Shown piece by piece: positions 28,857 through 39,346 of a DNA stretch of 64,000 nt. The DNA is from an uncultured Planctomycetales bacterium (GTDB taxonomy: Bacteria; Omnitrophota; Gorgyraeia; Zapsychrales; JBDRMG01). Made by a program: the position numbers and the translations under genes. How positions within the stretch are numbered: position 1 is the stretch's first letter; each line of letters starts with the position of its first letter. The notes under the pieces were generated by a model, which saw nothing but the letters and a program-made list of their open reading frames with translations, was not told where the DNA came from and searched no databases. The stretch is from contig CAYZIY010000004.1 of the NCBI GenBank assembly GCA_964478715.1, positions 43,351 through 107,350 on the forward strand, read 5' to 3'.

Positions 28857-29222
28857 TTAAAATAATGAATCGACCTCCCGGATCAGCTTATCGCTTTCGA
28901 CGGGCTTAATCAAGACTTTATCGAACCCAAAATGAAGCATTTTCTGGGCTTGATTCTTAGAGAGAACTCCGGTCATCATGATCACCTTTGTATTTTTTAA
29001 ACTCTTGCTGGCTTTCAACTTTTGACAAAAATCGATTCCGCTTTCTTCATCTAGAAGGTAATAATCGACAAGCACAACATCCGGTTTATGCGCTTTGCAA
29101 ATGGTCCACGCCCCGGACACTTTTGAAGCGCAAAATACTTCCCAACCCGCTTCACTGAGAATTTCCGCAAAGCCTTTACGAATCGATTCCTCATCATCGA
29201 CAATTAAAATACTTTTGTTCAT
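28857..29222 (-). CDS. Single-domain response regulator (CheY-like receiver).
   Basis: SILIVDDEESIRKGFAEILSEAGWEVF…KPDVVLVDYYLLDEESGIDFCQKLK…VIMMTG. Confidence 0.75.
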   Translation of the reverse strand: MNKSILIVDDEESIRKGFAEILSEAGWEVFCASKVSGAWTICKAHKPDVVLVDYYLLDEESGIDFCQKLKASKSLKNTKVIMMTGVLSKNQAQKMLHFGFDKVLIKPVESDKLIREVDSLF

Positions 29223-29244
29223 TTTTGACCCGATGTCAACGACC

Positions 29245-32200
29245 TTAAGCCGCCTTTTTTAAGAAAAGCGGCAAAGTAATGATAAAGGTGCTCCCTTTGC
29301 CCCAAACGCTTTTGGCTTTGATCTGACCGCCGTGCTCCCGAATAATTCCCTGGCAAATAAAAAGGCCCAGCCCGGTTCCGCTTTTCTTTTTCGTCGTAAA
29401 AAAAGGATCGAAAATCTGATCCAGATGTTCTTTTTTGATTCCCTCTCCATTATCCTGAATGGTCAAGACGATCCGGTCTTCTTCTTGATCCGTTTTAACG
29501 AGAATCTCTCCCCGCTTGCCTTTCATGCTGTCTGCCGCGTTTAAGATAAGATTCAGCAGAACCTGATGTATTTGCTGCGGCCGGCATTCGATGGCGGGCA
29601 AAGGAGAAGCCCTCTCCGTTTTCAGTTTGATATTTTTGAGCCTCAGCTGGTGCTCAACCAGCTTCATTATTTTCTCAATAAGCTCATTAAGGTCAACCTG
29701 TGATTGTTTTTGATCAGGGGTTTTGTAAATATCCAATAATCTGGAAACAATCGATCGAATTTTCTCAATGTTGGCTTTAACCAAATCGTAATTTTTCTGT
29801 TTCTGATAATTTTTCGGCAAACCGGAGCGCATAATTTCCAGATGCGTCAAAATTCCCTGAAGGGGATTATTGATCTCATGGGCAATACTGGCCGAAAGCC
29901 GGCCCGTGGCGGCCAGGCGTTCGGACTGCCTGAGCTCGCGGGTCCTTTCATCGACCAGCTCTTCTAAATGCTGTCTGTAATTATCCAGCTCCCTTTCCTG
30001 TTTCTTTCTCCGGGTAATGTCTTCGGCAACACCTACCAGGCCGATAATCCGGCCCTGATCATCGCAGAGGGGAACCTTGATCGTGTGCAAAACATGCGCC
30101 CGGCCGTCCAGGGCCCTAAAGGGTTCTTCCGCAATATCCTGACGTTTTCCCGATTCGATCACCTTATGATCCACGAAAGCGGAGAAAGCTTTCTGTTCAT
30201 CGGGTCCGGCAGGACTTTTTTCAGTCAGCAAATTAATGAATTTTTCCGGTGCCACCCCGTAGTCGTTAGCCATTTTCTTATTAACCAGTAAAAATCGTGA
30301 CTTTTTATCTTTAACAAAAACCCATAGCGGCAGGTTATCAAAAACAGTCCGTAAAAGCGTCTCGCTGCGGCGCAGTGCCTCTTCGGCCTCTTTACGCTCG
30401 GTAATATCCCGAACACTGGCCCGATATCCCAGGATGGAGCCTCGATGATCCCTGACGGGCTGAGCGGAAATGGAGAGATAAAGGGAGTACCCGGCTTTGT
30501 TTTTGATCCGGAATTCTTCATCATTGATGATGTCACCCATCAGATATTTTTTGTAAAATTTCTCAACTTTTTCCTTATATTCGGGATAAACCAATTGACG
30601 CAAATCGATACGGCCCGAGTAGAAATCTTTAATCTCATATCCGGTAATCCTCTCCGCGGCCGGATTTATATACGCAATATTTTTTTCTTTATCACGATAC
30701 AATTCCCAGTCGTGGGTATAATCAAAAAACATTCGGAATTTGGCTTCCGAGGCCCGCAGAGCCTCTTCGGCCTTTTTGCGTTCGGTAATATCGATAGCCA
30801 ATTCAAATCGTACATCTCTTCCGTCAGGCCATTTGATAATCCGGTCAAAAATCATATAGTGTTTCTGGAGTTTCCGGTTATAGTATTCCCACTGATAAGT
30901 TTGGTTTCTATTTTTCAAAATGATTCTATTGGTGCAAAAAGGACAGGGTTTATCTAAACCCTGAAAAATGCGGTAACAGATTTTTCCTATCGGATTTTCC
31001 TGAAATGTTTCTTTGAGGAATTTATTAACAAAAAGAATTTTGTCGGTTTTGGGATCTGTTACATAAACGATTTCATTGATGCTGTCAAAAATGGACAACA
31101 ATTGAGCGCGTTCAAACGCGAGGGCTTTCTGCAATCTTTCGCTTTCCGTTATATCGCAGATAATCGTCAAAACGGCAACGACTTTATTTTTCCGGTAAAC
31201 AGGGATTTTTCTGGTCTCTGTCGTGAAACTGCGATTATTTAATGTTGATTTCTCCTGGGTGACAAGCATCTTGCCGCTCTGAAAAACTTCTCTGTATTCC
31301 CGCTTGATTTTTTTGGGCAAAAATGAAAAAACCTCGAAAACATATTTTCCAACAATATTTGCAGGCAGCCCTAACCGTTTATTCCAGCGGATGAATTCCT
31401 GATTGATTAACTGAATCCGCAAATTCTTGTCAACAACATGCACCGCGTCCAGCATGGCATCGATCGTCATCCGGTATTGCTGCTCCGATTCTCTTAACTT
31501 ATCTTCGGTTTCTTTTCTTTCAATGGCGCTGGCGAAAATATCGCCGGCAATTTGGAGGATAGCCACGACTTCATCTGACCAGTCTCTTTCTTTTAGCACG
31601 GAATCAAACCCGACAAAACCCAGAATCCGGTTTTCGGCCTTCATGGGCACGCAGAGCAATGACTGAATAGAAGCTCGTTGAAATTCTCTTTTTTCAGAGG
31701 AGGCCTGAGCCGGCAAGTCTTTCACCCGCAGAAGATTAACCACTTGATTGCCTTTAATTCGCTTAATGAACCAGGGAAAAGATTTGAGAGGTATATTCTG
31801 GAGCCTGGCCTTTTGAGAAGCGATTTCGCGGGCACACCATTCACTGGTATTATTCATAATATTTTGATCATCCGAAAAAAGAAATGTGTAAGCTCGATCA
31901 ACTTGAAGAAAACAGCCAATCTTCCGTAAGGCCTGATTGACCGCTCTGTTTAAATGCCGGGAATCCAAATTGATGAATTTAGCCGAAATAGCTACCAGCA
32001 ATGAATTCAATTTATTCCGGTAATCTGAAAACTGTTCCAGTTTTTTTGCTTCTGTTATATTTCGGGCAATGATCATGGCCGCGGTGATTTTCTCCTGCCG
32101 GTAGACCGGCATACAGCGTGTCGTATAAAAATATCCCTGGCTGTCAGCATATTCGGAATGAATCGTGACTCCCTGTTGAAAGGTCTTTTTAATATCGCGA

Positions 32201-33165
32201 TAAAAGCGTCGGTGATCCTTCTTAGGTATAAAACTCTCTAAGCTTAGACCTACCAAGTCTTCTTTGGAAGGAAGCCCGGGGCGGGACCGATTAACATAGG
32301 TTATGCTCCCTCTGGAGTCAATCATGATCACAAAATCGGGAAGGTTCTCTAGAAGAGACGCCAGCTTCTGCTCGCTTTCTTTGTAATCTGTCTGCGCGAG
32401 TTTCTGCGGCGTCATATCATAAACCATGCTCTGGAAACCAAATAGTTTTCCGTTTTTCTTTAACGGTGTGCTGCGCAGATTCACATAAAGAGCCCTGTTT
32501 TTTCTGGTAAGACAACGGATTTCATGAAAATCACCGGCCTTTTTATTCGTGACAGCTTTGCCAAAAAGGCCCCGCATTCGATCCTTTTCTTGCGGATGCA
32601 GCAAGGCGGAAAAATTTTTATTAAGAAAATCCTGCGGCTGGCCCTCAAACATTTTGCAAAACTGACCGCTAACAAATGTGATGCGCCCCTGAAGATTCAC
32701 GCGACAAATGCCTGCTAAAATATTGGCATAAAGCTCTTCGTATTGCTTTTCCGCTTCCCGCTTGCTTTCTTGAGCCCGCTTACGTTCAATAGCATGGCCG
32801 ATAATCCGCTTCATCATTCGGTTGTTGATCTGGTCTTTGACGACATAATCCTGAGCTCCCCGACGAACCGCCTGAAGAGCAAAAGTATCATCCTCATAGC
32901 TGCTTAAAACGATAATGGGAATCTGCGGAAAACTTTGATGGAGGCGGTCAAAGACTTGTAATCCGGACTGTTTTTGACCGTAAAGATCCAGGAAAAGAAT
33001 ATCGGCTTTAAAATTCTGAAGATAATCCAGAGCTTCATCGAGAATGGGTTTGATCCGAAAGTCAACTGAAAAAGCTCTGTCTTCCGTGCAAATTTTTTTG
33101 ATTAACTGAGCATCGCGGGCATCATCTTCAATGAAAAGAATGCGGATGGGGGATTTGCTTAACAT
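29245..33165 (-). CDS. Hybrid sensor histidine kinase: N-terminal receiver, multiple PAS/GAF domains, HisKA and HATPase_c.
   Basis: Receiver domain (ILFIEDDARDAQ…DLYGQKQSGLQ), several PAS-like repeats (…TERKKAEEALRASEAKFR…, …TERKEAEEALRRSE…), H-box RLSASIAHEINNPLQGI and G-boxes IQDNGEGI…KSGTGLGLFICQGIIREHGG. Confidence 0.8.
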   Translation of the reverse strand: MLSKSPIRILFIEDDARDAQLIKKICTEDRAFSVDFRIKPILDEALDYLQNFKADILFLDLYGQKQSGLQVFDRLHQSFPQIPIIVLSSYEDDTFALQAVRRGAQDYVVKDQINNRMMKRIIGHAIERKRAQESKREAEKQYEELYANILAGICRVNLQGRITFVSGQFCKMFEGQPQDFLNKNFSALLHPQEKDRMRGLFGKAVTNKKAGDFHEIRCLTRKNRALYVNLRSTPLKKNGKLFGFQSMVYDMTPQKLAQTDYKESEQKLASLLENLPDFVIMIDSRGSITYVNRSRPGLPSKEDLVGLSLESFIPKKDHRRFYRDIKKTFQQGVTIHSEYADSQGYFYTTRCMPVYRQEKITAAMIIARNITEAKKLEQFSDYRNKLNSLLVAISAKFINLDSRHLNRAVNQALRKIGCFLQVDRAYTFLFSDDQNIMNNTSEWCAREIASQKARLQNIPLKSFPWFIKRIKGNQVVNLLRVKDLPAQASSEKREFQRASIQSLLCVPMKAENRILGFVGFDSVLKERDWSDEVVAILQIAGDIFASAIERKETEDKLRESEQQYRMTIDAMLDAVHVVDKNLRIQLINQEFIRWNKRLGLPANIVGKYVFEVFSFLPKKIKREYREVFQSGKMLVTQEKSTLNNRSFTTETRKIPVYRKNKVVAVLTIICDITESERLQKALAFERAQLLSIFDSINEIVYVTDPKTDKILFVNKFLKETFQENPIGKICYRIFQGLDKPCPFCTNRIILKNRNQTYQWEYYNRKLQKHYMIFDRIIKWPDGRDVRFELAIDITERKKAEEALRASEAKFRMFFDYTHDWELYRDKEKNIAYINPAAERITGYEIKDFYSGRIDLRQLVYPEYKEKVEKFYKKYLMGDIINDEEFRIKNKAGYSLYLSISAQPVRDHRGSILGYRASVRDITERKEAEEALRRSETLLRTVFDNLPLWVFVKDKKSRFLLVNKKMANDYGVAPEKFINLLTEKSPAGPDEQKAFSAFVDHKVIESGKRQDIAEEPFRALDGRAHVLHTIKVPLCDDQGRIIGLVGVAEDITRRKKQERELDNYRQHLEELVDERTRELRQSERLAATGRLSASIAHEINNPLQGILTHLEIMRSGLPKNYQKQKNYDLVKANIEKIRSIVSRLLDIYKTPDQKQSQVDLNELIEKIMKLVEHQLRLKNIKLKTERASPLPAIECRPQQIHQVLLNLILNAADSMKGKRGEILVKTDQEEDRIVLTIQDNGEGIKKEHLDQIFDPFFTTKKKSGTGLGLFICQGIIREHGGQIKAKSVWGKGSTFIITLPLFLKKAA

Positions 33166-33183
33166 GACCTCATTCAGAATGGT

Positions 33184-33792
33184 CTATTTTTTCTTTGTTT
33201 TGCTTCTTGCCGGCGCAACCTTAGGGATCTGGAACAGGGCTTCAATCTCGGCAAGAAGGACTTTCTTGGATGCAGGTTTGGCAAGACAGCGATCGGCTCC
33301 CAGTTTGATCATTTTCTGAAAATTTTCTTCCGAAGGATATCCGGTCAAAACCAAGATCCGGATGTCTTTCAATAAAGGGTTGGACCTGATCAGGCGACAC
33401 GCACTGAAACCGTCCAAACCCTGCATCTTGATATCCAGGATGATGAGATCGGGCTCGCAGTGAATCGCCAATACGCCCGCCTCAAAACCGTCTGAAGCCG
33501 TTTCCACTTTAAATCCCTTGGCGATAAGTATTTCCTTAAGACCAACCCGGATGGCTTCATCATCATCAACGATTAAAATACGGTGCTGTCTTTTCTTATT
33601 GTATTTCAACCGATTGCGTTTGATAAAAGTCTCGAGCTCCCGGGTGGGGATTCGCCGATGACCCCCAAGAGTCTTGACGGCCTTGAGTTTGCCGTTTTCA
33701 ATCCAGTCGATAATGGTAGAATGCGAGACAAATAAGAGATCTCCCGCCTCATAGGTCGTGTAAAAATTCTTATGATTATTTCTCTTGAGCAT
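33184..33792 (-). CDS. Response regulator with an N-terminal excisionase/MerR-type HTH DNA-binding domain and a C-terminal receiver domain.
   Basis: HTH LLFVSHSTIIDWIENGKLKAVKTLGGHRRIPTREL. Receiver RILIVDDDEAIRVGLKEIL…PDLIILDIKMQGLDGF…LVLTG. Confidence 0.7.
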   Translation of the reverse strand: MLKRNNHKNFYTTYEAGDLLFVSHSTIIDWIENGKLKAVKTLGGHRRIPTRELETFIKRNRLKYNKKRQHRILIVDDDEAIRVGLKEILIAKGFKVETASDGFEAGVLAIHCEPDLIILDIKMQGLDGFSACRLIRSNPLLKDIRILVLTGYPSEENFQKMIKLGADRCLAKPASKKVLLAEIEALFQIPKVAPARSKTKKK

Positions 33793-33975
33793 GAAAATTT
33801 CTTTCTGCTATTTTAAAAATGTGACTGCGGATCCAGCCCCCGTCAAAATAGACACCCTCTTGGATTAATTCTAAGATTCCTAAGAAATCTAATGTCAATG
33901 ATATCATGACCAACGGGCTTTGTCAAACTTTGTCCCGCAGGGGCTTTTCCGAAATGCGAACCTGAAACCGTAACT

Positions 33976-34977
33976 TTATTTGTTCTCATTGGCCTTGATG
34001 ATATCTTGAAGAGACGCGCTTTCTGTCAGAAGCTCGTTGAGGGTAGCTGCAACTTTTTCCTGGGCGAAGTCATTGTGTTCTATTCCGTTAACGATAAGAG
34101 CCCTCTCTCCGCTCCATCGCACCGGAAAGCTGAACATCAGACCAACAGGAACGCGGTAGCTCCCGTCCGAACTCACAGCAACGGAAAAATATTCCCCCTG
34201 TGGTGTCGGGCGGCTCAAAGCCTTGACGGTATCAATAACGGCCTGGGCCGCGGAAGCCGCAGACGAGGATCCGCGGGCCGAAATAATTTCGGCGCCCCTT
34301 TTTTGAACTGATTCAATAAAACTTGTTTTTAACCAGCGATCATCGCCAATCGCCTCGGGAGCCGGGATCCCGTTGATCGTGGCGTGAAACGGATCCGGGA
34401 ACTGAGTCAGGGAATGATTGCCCCAAACAGCCAGATTCTTTATCGCTGAAGACTCGACACCCGCTTTCTGCGCCAGCTGCGCGCAGGCCCGGTTTTGATC
34501 TAGCATGGTCATAGCGAAGAAATTATGAGCAGGAATATTTTTAGCAGCCGACTTGGCAATATACGCATTGGTATTACAGGGATTGCCGACAACTAAAACC
34601 TTTGTTGTCGCCCTGGCGCATTCATTGAGCGCTTTGCCCTGCTCCAGAAAAACGGGAGCGTTGATTTTCAGCAGATCTTTTCTCTGCATCCCCATCTTGC
34701 GCGGAACGCTCCCGACTAAAAGCGCCCAATCAACATTCCTAAAGGCCTTTTGGGGATCATCGGTGATCAGGATATTCTTAAGCAAAGGATAGGCGCAGTC
34801 CTCAAGCTCCATGGCAATGCCTTTCAATTTTCCTAAAGCGCTCTTAAGCTCCAAAAGATACAGTTCGATCTCCGTATCCGGGCCAAACATCTCTCCTGCA
34901 GCGATCCGAAAGACCAGAGAATATCCTATTTGCCCGGCCGCTCCGGTTAAGGCCACTTTCGTTCGCATTCTTGTCAT
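33976..34977 (-). CDS. mdh: Malate dehydrogenase (NAD-dependent, cytosolic-type family).
   Basis: [29 protein letters not shown]-binding motif and a length of 333 aa, typical of LDH-like family-2 MDH. Confidence 0.8.
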   Translation of the reverse strand: MTRMRTKVALTGAAGQIGYSLVFRIAAGEMFGPDTEIELYLLELKSALGKLKGIAMELEDCAYPLLKNILITDDPQKAFRNVDWALLVGSVPRKMGMQRKDLLKINAPVFLEQGKALNECARATTKVLVVGNPCNTNAYIAKSAAKNIPAHNFFAMTMLDQNRACAQLAQKAGVESSAIKNLAVWGNHSLTQFPDPFHATINGIPAPEAIGDDRWLKTSFIESVQKRGAEIISARGSSSAASAAQAVIDTVKALSRPTPQGEYFSVAVSSDGSYRVPVGLMFSFPVRWSGERALIVNGIEHNDFAQEKVAATLNELLTESASLQDIIKANENK

Positions 34978-34995
34978 AACAAAACTCCTTATAGA

Positions 34996-35799
34996 TTAAT
35001 GGCGTCTAATGAAATTGATTCTGCGACGTGTTTTGGGAGGCTCTTCCCCTAAATATCTGACGAAACCATGCTGTCTGGCGAGAAGAATGTCTGCCTTTCT
35101 TGATTCATCCGCCTGGCCAGCTTTATAAAGAACATCCAGGATTTCAATAAAATCTTGCGAATAATCTTTTAAAATTCCCGCATATTCATGCCAGACCTCT
35201 CCCTTTTTTATTTCAAAAACCACCTTGGCTCCAATATGCCTTTCGAGCAAAGGTTCATAGGCGGTGTTAACGGTTGCCATCATATCCTGCTTGATCCGAG
35301 ACACGTATTTTTCCTGCGCGCCCGGCACTCTTGACCCGGGAAAACGACTCTGGGCTTGAACCATAACCATATTGACAAGGTCCATCAGGGCATCTCTCAG
35401 TGTCTTAAAAAAATTCATTGTTCGTCTTTGAGCGCGCCGCATCCAGCAAGGGTGATATGTTCTTTTGAGATCTTTAATCCGCCGGGTATGAGCCTGCTGA
35501 TTGAGATCGTCCAGAAACCGGATAACCAGCCGGATCAGAGGATACTCATTTTTGTAAAATAAATAGCTGGCCTTCTGATGACCCTCTTGATCCCGAAGGA
35601 GCTTACCAAAAAGCAGCTCGCAGCCGGTCGTTTCAACAATGAGCCGGCCTTTGATCTGTTTTCCGTCGATTAATTCGAATGTCACCGTATCTTTTGAGAA
35701 ATCTCTCAGACATTTATCGCGGCTACGACCTTTGGCAAAGATTCCCGCTAATCCAGCCAGAATGATAAAAATAAAAGTCATCGTCAAGCTATCCGGCAT
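34996..35799 (-). CDS. Hypothetical membrane-anchored protein.
   Basis: 267-codon ORF with an N-terminal TM helix (TFIFIILAGLAGIFA). No motif recognised. Confidence 0.45.
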   Translation of the reverse strand: MPDSLTMTFIFIILAGLAGIFAKGRSRDKCLRDFSKDTVTFELIDGKQIKGRLIVETTGCELLFGKLLRDQEGHQKASYLFYKNEYPLIRLVIRFLDDLNQQAHTRRIKDLKRTYHPCWMRRAQRRTMNFFKTLRDALMDLVNMVMVQAQSRFPGSRVPGAQEKYVSRIKQDMMATVNTAYEPLLERHIGAKVVFEIKKGEVWHEYAGILKDYSQDFIEILDVLYKAGQADESRKADILLARQHGFVRYLGEEPPKTRRRINFIRRH

Positions 35800-36598
35800 G
35801 AAGCCCTCTCTTTCTTTTTCTTCCCGGAAGTATATTCTTGGCTTTTTTGATCGCCGACATTTTTAAACGGGCGTAAATGATTTCCTGACGGGTCGCGGAG
35901 CCCTTGGCGATAACGGCTCCCCAGGGATCAACGACCAGGCTGCAACCGTACGAAACCACGCCCTTTTCATTTTTTCCAACTTGATTTAAGGCCAAGACAT
36001 AAGAAGCATTTTCAATGGCCCGGGCCCGGCAGAGAATTTCCCAGTGCGCCCGGCCAGTCTGTTGGGTAAAATTTGATGGAATCGCAAAAACATTAACGCC
36101 TTTTTGAGCCAGGCAGTTAAAAAGAGAGGGAAAGCGCAAATCATAACAAATGGCCAGACCTACTTTAAAGAGTCCGCACGAAAAAGCGCTCAATCGTTTC
36201 CCTGAACGAAAATGCTTTGTCTCATCAATCTTTTTCTTTCCTAAAACAGCTTTAAACAGATTTATTTTTCTGTAGCTGGCCACTGTTCTGCCCTGCGGAT
36301 CAATAGCCAGCGAGGTATTATATACTTTCTTAGATCCGGCAATTTTTTCGTAAACGGATCCGGCCAGCAAAAATATTTCGTTCTGGCGGGCCGCTTCTTT
36401 TAAGAATTTGACGCTGGGTCCGTCTAAGCATTCGCTGTTTCCGCTGATGTCCCGGGAATGAGTCCGCGCGATAAAAAGTTCGGGAAGCAGCACCAGACGC
36501 GCCTTGCGCCGTGCCGCTTGTTCGATCAGCTTGGAGGCATTGAAAAGATTGTCTTCTTTTCTTGTTCCTGCTTGAAACTGGATCAACGCAATCTTCAT
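35789..36598 (-). CDS. Carbon-nitrogen hydrolase (nitrilase superfamily).
   Basis: MKIALIQFQ…RLVLLPELF…ICYDLRFP… Glu/Lys/Cys triad context. Confidence 0.75.
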   Translation of the reverse strand: MKIALIQFQAGTRKEDNLFNASKLIEQAARRKARLVLLPELFIARTHSRDISGNSECLDGPSVKFLKEAARQNEIFLLAGSVYEKIAGSKKVYNTSLAIDPQGRTVASYRKINLFKAVLGKKKIDETKHFRSGKRLSAFSCGLFKVGLAICYDLRFPSLFNCLAQKGVNVFAIPSNFTQQTGRAHWEILCRARAIENASYVLALNQVGKNEKGVVSYGCSLVVDPWGAVIAKGSATRQEIIYARLKMSAIKKAKNILPGRKRKRGLHAG

Positions 36599-36602
36599 GG
36601 CC

Positions 36603-37361
36603 TCATTCCATCCCGACGATTTTCTTTAACACGGACATAATTTGAACAGGTGTGCTAAACATCTTCTCGACTTTTTCTTTATAATTGAAATGGCATTCGG
36701 TATAAAAATTTCTCTTTCTCATTTCTTTTAAGAATAAAATAATATGTTGATATTTGGCCAGGTTGATCTCGGCAACTTCACAAGGATCTAGTGTGGCCAG
36801 TAAATTAATATCGGCTAAAGACATTGCCCGGTAGACCAAAAATCCGGTCTTTTTTAACTGCGTGTCGATAACGGGCAAAAACCTGCTTAAAAAGCTCACG
36901 CCGGTTTTAACGGATCTTTCATCGACAGGGGCATTGATCCGGGGGGCGAAAACCCGGTTAAAGGCGATCCGGTCAATCGCGCTGCCGACGTGAATCGTGG
37001 TGAAATCCATCCATTGATCAATGAGAGCCCTCTTGTGTGAGTCCGCGGGATAAAGCGCGCTCTCGGTTTTTTGAGCCAGATATTTGATGATCGCATTGCT
37101 CTCAAAGAGAATAAATCCCTCATCGTCAATAACCGGAATTTTTGAAGCCGGATGAAGGCGCTTAAAATCCGGATTTTTATGCTCCTGATCCCGCAGAGAA
37201 ATTCGTTTATATTGATAAGGGATTCCCAAATGCTTTAAGGTAAAACGGACTTTATTGGAATAGCTTGAAAGATCTGCCCCGTATAATTTAAGCACAGGTT
37301 TTCTCCTTTTTTTGTTTGCGGTTTTGATATTGGCGAAGCGATGTTTCCATCCAGTTGGCAA
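36603..37361 (-). CDS. Glutathione S-transferase-like protein.
   Basis: GST N-terminal thioredoxin-fold motifs: LKLYGADLSSYSNKVRFTLKHLGIPYQ…SKIPVIDDEGFILFESNAIIKYLAQK. Confidence 0.65.
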   Translation of the reverse strand: MPTGWKHRFANIKTANKKRRKPVLKLYGADLSSYSNKVRFTLKHLGIPYQYKRISLRDQEHKNPDFKRLHPASKIPVIDDEGFILFESNAIIKYLAQKTESALYPADSHKRALIDQWMDFTTIHVGSAIDRIAFNRVFAPRINAPVDERSVKTGVSFLSRFLPVIDTQLKKTGFLVYRAMSLADINLLATLDPCEVAEINLAKYQHIILFLKEMRKRNFYTECHFNYKEKVEKMFSTPVQIMSVLKKIVGME

Positions 37362-38214
37362 TAAGCATCTCTTTATTGAGAAGGGTTTTAAATCGACATT
37401 TCCGGCAATATTCTATTTCCCCGCTTTGGATCTTTTCCTGAAAATCATCAAATCTTTGCTGCAACCTATTGATATTTTGTTGTTGAGTAAAATCGATTTG
37501 CGTAATATCCATGCCGAAATTTTCAATATTTTTACAAAAACTGATGCTATTGCCTTTAATCGAAAGGGGGTGATTACAAACAATCCCGTACCACCGGCTT
37601 GTCGCAACTTTCTCCGCCAAACCCTGGCGCAAATGAAAATCATGAATATAAACTTTTGGGTATTTCTCAACGAGGCTCTCAAATAATGCCTGATAAGGTC
37701 CGATTGCCTCGTCTTCGTCGCTAAAAAGCTTGATGTGTTCGATTTTTTTCAGCTTAGAAAACCTCTCAACCAGAGAAGAAAGCTGCGTCACGCTCTGATC
37801 ATTGACCAAAATATTAATGGCGCATACCGGCATTTGCTCGATGAATTGATCGCACAAATTTAGTCTTTGCGGGTGACCCTCCTGATTATAAGAAACGCCT
37901 ATCCTCAGTTCCCTGTTAATGGCTATTAACCTAAGGTATTCCTTTAGAAGCGTCCCGTTTGTGAAGGTACCAACGATAATATTTTTCTTTCGGCAAAAAC
38001 GCATCAATGCCTCGATGCGATAATAGAAGCAGATTTCTCCCCCAATCAAAAAAAGGCGGTTAATTTTTAAAGCCTCGATGAAGCGAGCGAGTGCCTCAAA
38101 ATTGGTTTCGGGCCGATTGCGATATTCTTCGCTGGTTAGACTCAGGCAATAATCACACCGTAGATTGCATTTATTGGTACATTCAACTCTCAGGCCCACA
38201 TCAGAAATGTTCAT
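37288..38214 (-). CDS. Radical SAM domain protein. Start refined to the internal Met abutting the upstream gene.
   Basis: CNLRCDYCLS (CxxxCxxC) about 20 aa after MNISDVGLRVE. The track ORF start at 38331 would overlap the 2-hydroxyacid dehydrogenase gene. Confidence 0.6.
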   Translation of the reverse strand: MNISDVGLRVECTNKCNLRCDYCLSLTSEEYRNRPETNFEALARFIEALKINRLFLIGGEICFYYRIEALMRFCRKKNIIVGTFTNGTLLKEYLRLIAINRELRIGVSYNQEGHPQRLNLCDQFIEQMPVCAINILVNDQSVTQLSSLVERFSKLKKIEHIKLFSDEDEAIGPYQALFESLVEKYPKVYIHDFHLRQGLAEKVATSRWYGIVCNHPLSIKGNSISFCKNIENFGMDITQIDFTQQQNINRLQQRFDDFQEKIQSGEIEYCRKCRFKTLLNKEMLIANWMETSLRQYQNRKQKKEKTCA

Positions 38215-38215
38215 C

Positions 38216-39190
38216 TTAAAATAATGGATCCTTGATTGGGTGAGGAAATCCTCGCCGCTTGATGAAATATTCAATCGACTGAATAGCCTGCCTGGCCTTG
38301 CGGCTGGTGGCTTCTCTGGTATTGAAAGCATTGTGCGGCGTAAAGATACAGGCCGGATTTTTCTTTAACTCCTGAAAAATTTTCAGCTGACCTGTTTTCG
38401 CTTTTGAATTACTTCTTAAAGAAACAGCCAGCTCGTGTTCCCGATCATAAACATCGCACCCCAAGCCCCCCAGAAAACCCTCATCAAGTAATTTTTTTAA
38501 ATCTTTAAGGGGAGCGATCTCTCCGCGGGCGATATTAAGAAAAACGAGTCCCTTTCGACAGTGTTTAAGAGCTTCGTAACTAAGCATGTTCTCTGTTAAT
38601 CTTGTTAAGGGAAGCGCGCAAACCGCCGCATGGGCCCACATCAAACCGTCAACTAAAGTCACGTATTCGATGTCTTTGCGTTTTTGATTAATATCAATAC
38701 CGCGGACATTCATCCCGATCCCTTTGGCTATGTCAACAATTTCTGAACCAATATTGCCGACTCCGATCACCAGACAATTGCGTCCTTTCGCTTCTGTACC
38801 CGTCATTCCGTCTCGGTGAAATCTTTTCATATGCTCCATTTGCAATTTGCATTTTCGAAAAATCATGAACATCATCATAATAGCCTGCTCAGCAACAGCC
38901 CGGCTGCAATAAGCTGGCAAATACCCGCAAGACGTTTCTGTCTTAGTTTTTTCTCGATAAGCGATCAGGTGATCATAACCAACACTTCGGGTTAGAATGC
39001 CTCTCAATTGGCCTGACCAGCTCACGGGGATAACAGACTGCGTACGAATACTGATAATATCAGCCGGAGGTTCGCGGCGTCCATCTTCTTGAATAGTTTT
39101 TAAAGTAAAATCGGCCTTGAGATAGCTTGGAAGAAACTCTTTTAAAAGATCCTGTTCTTCTTCAAAAGCTTCGTAGAATATGCAATCCAT
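38216..39190 (-). CDS. D-isomer-specific 2-hydroxyacid dehydrogenase family protein.
   Basis: Rossmann motif GKNCLVIGVGNIGSEIVDIAKGIGMNVRGID and a catalytic-domain C-terminus. Confidence 0.7.
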   Translation of the reverse strand: MDCIFYEAFEEEQDLLKEFLPSYLKADFTLKTIQEDGRREPPADIISIRTQSVIPVSWSGQLRGILTRSVGYDHLIAYREKTKTETSCGYLPAYCSRAVAEQAIMMMFMIFRKCKLQMEHMKRFHRDGMTGTEAKGRNCLVIGVGNIGSEIVDIAKGIGMNVRGIDINQKRKDIEYVTLVDGLMWAHAAVCALPLTRLTENMLSYEALKHCRKGLVFLNIARGEIAPLKDLKKLLDEGFLGGLGCDVYDREHELAVSLRSNSKAKTGQLKIFQELKKNPACIFTPHNAFNTREATSRKARQAIQSIEYFIKRRGFPHPIKDPLF

Positions 39191-39346
39191 ATTAAAAATA
39201 AAAAATAGACTTGAAATAAATGGAAATAGTTTGAAATAGATTGAAATAAATTGTCAGCTTAAAAAATTCGCTGCTTTTAAATCGCGAAGGACAAGGTATT
39301 TCTATTTATTTCTGCGTATTCCCACATATTTCATTTCCCGTATTAA

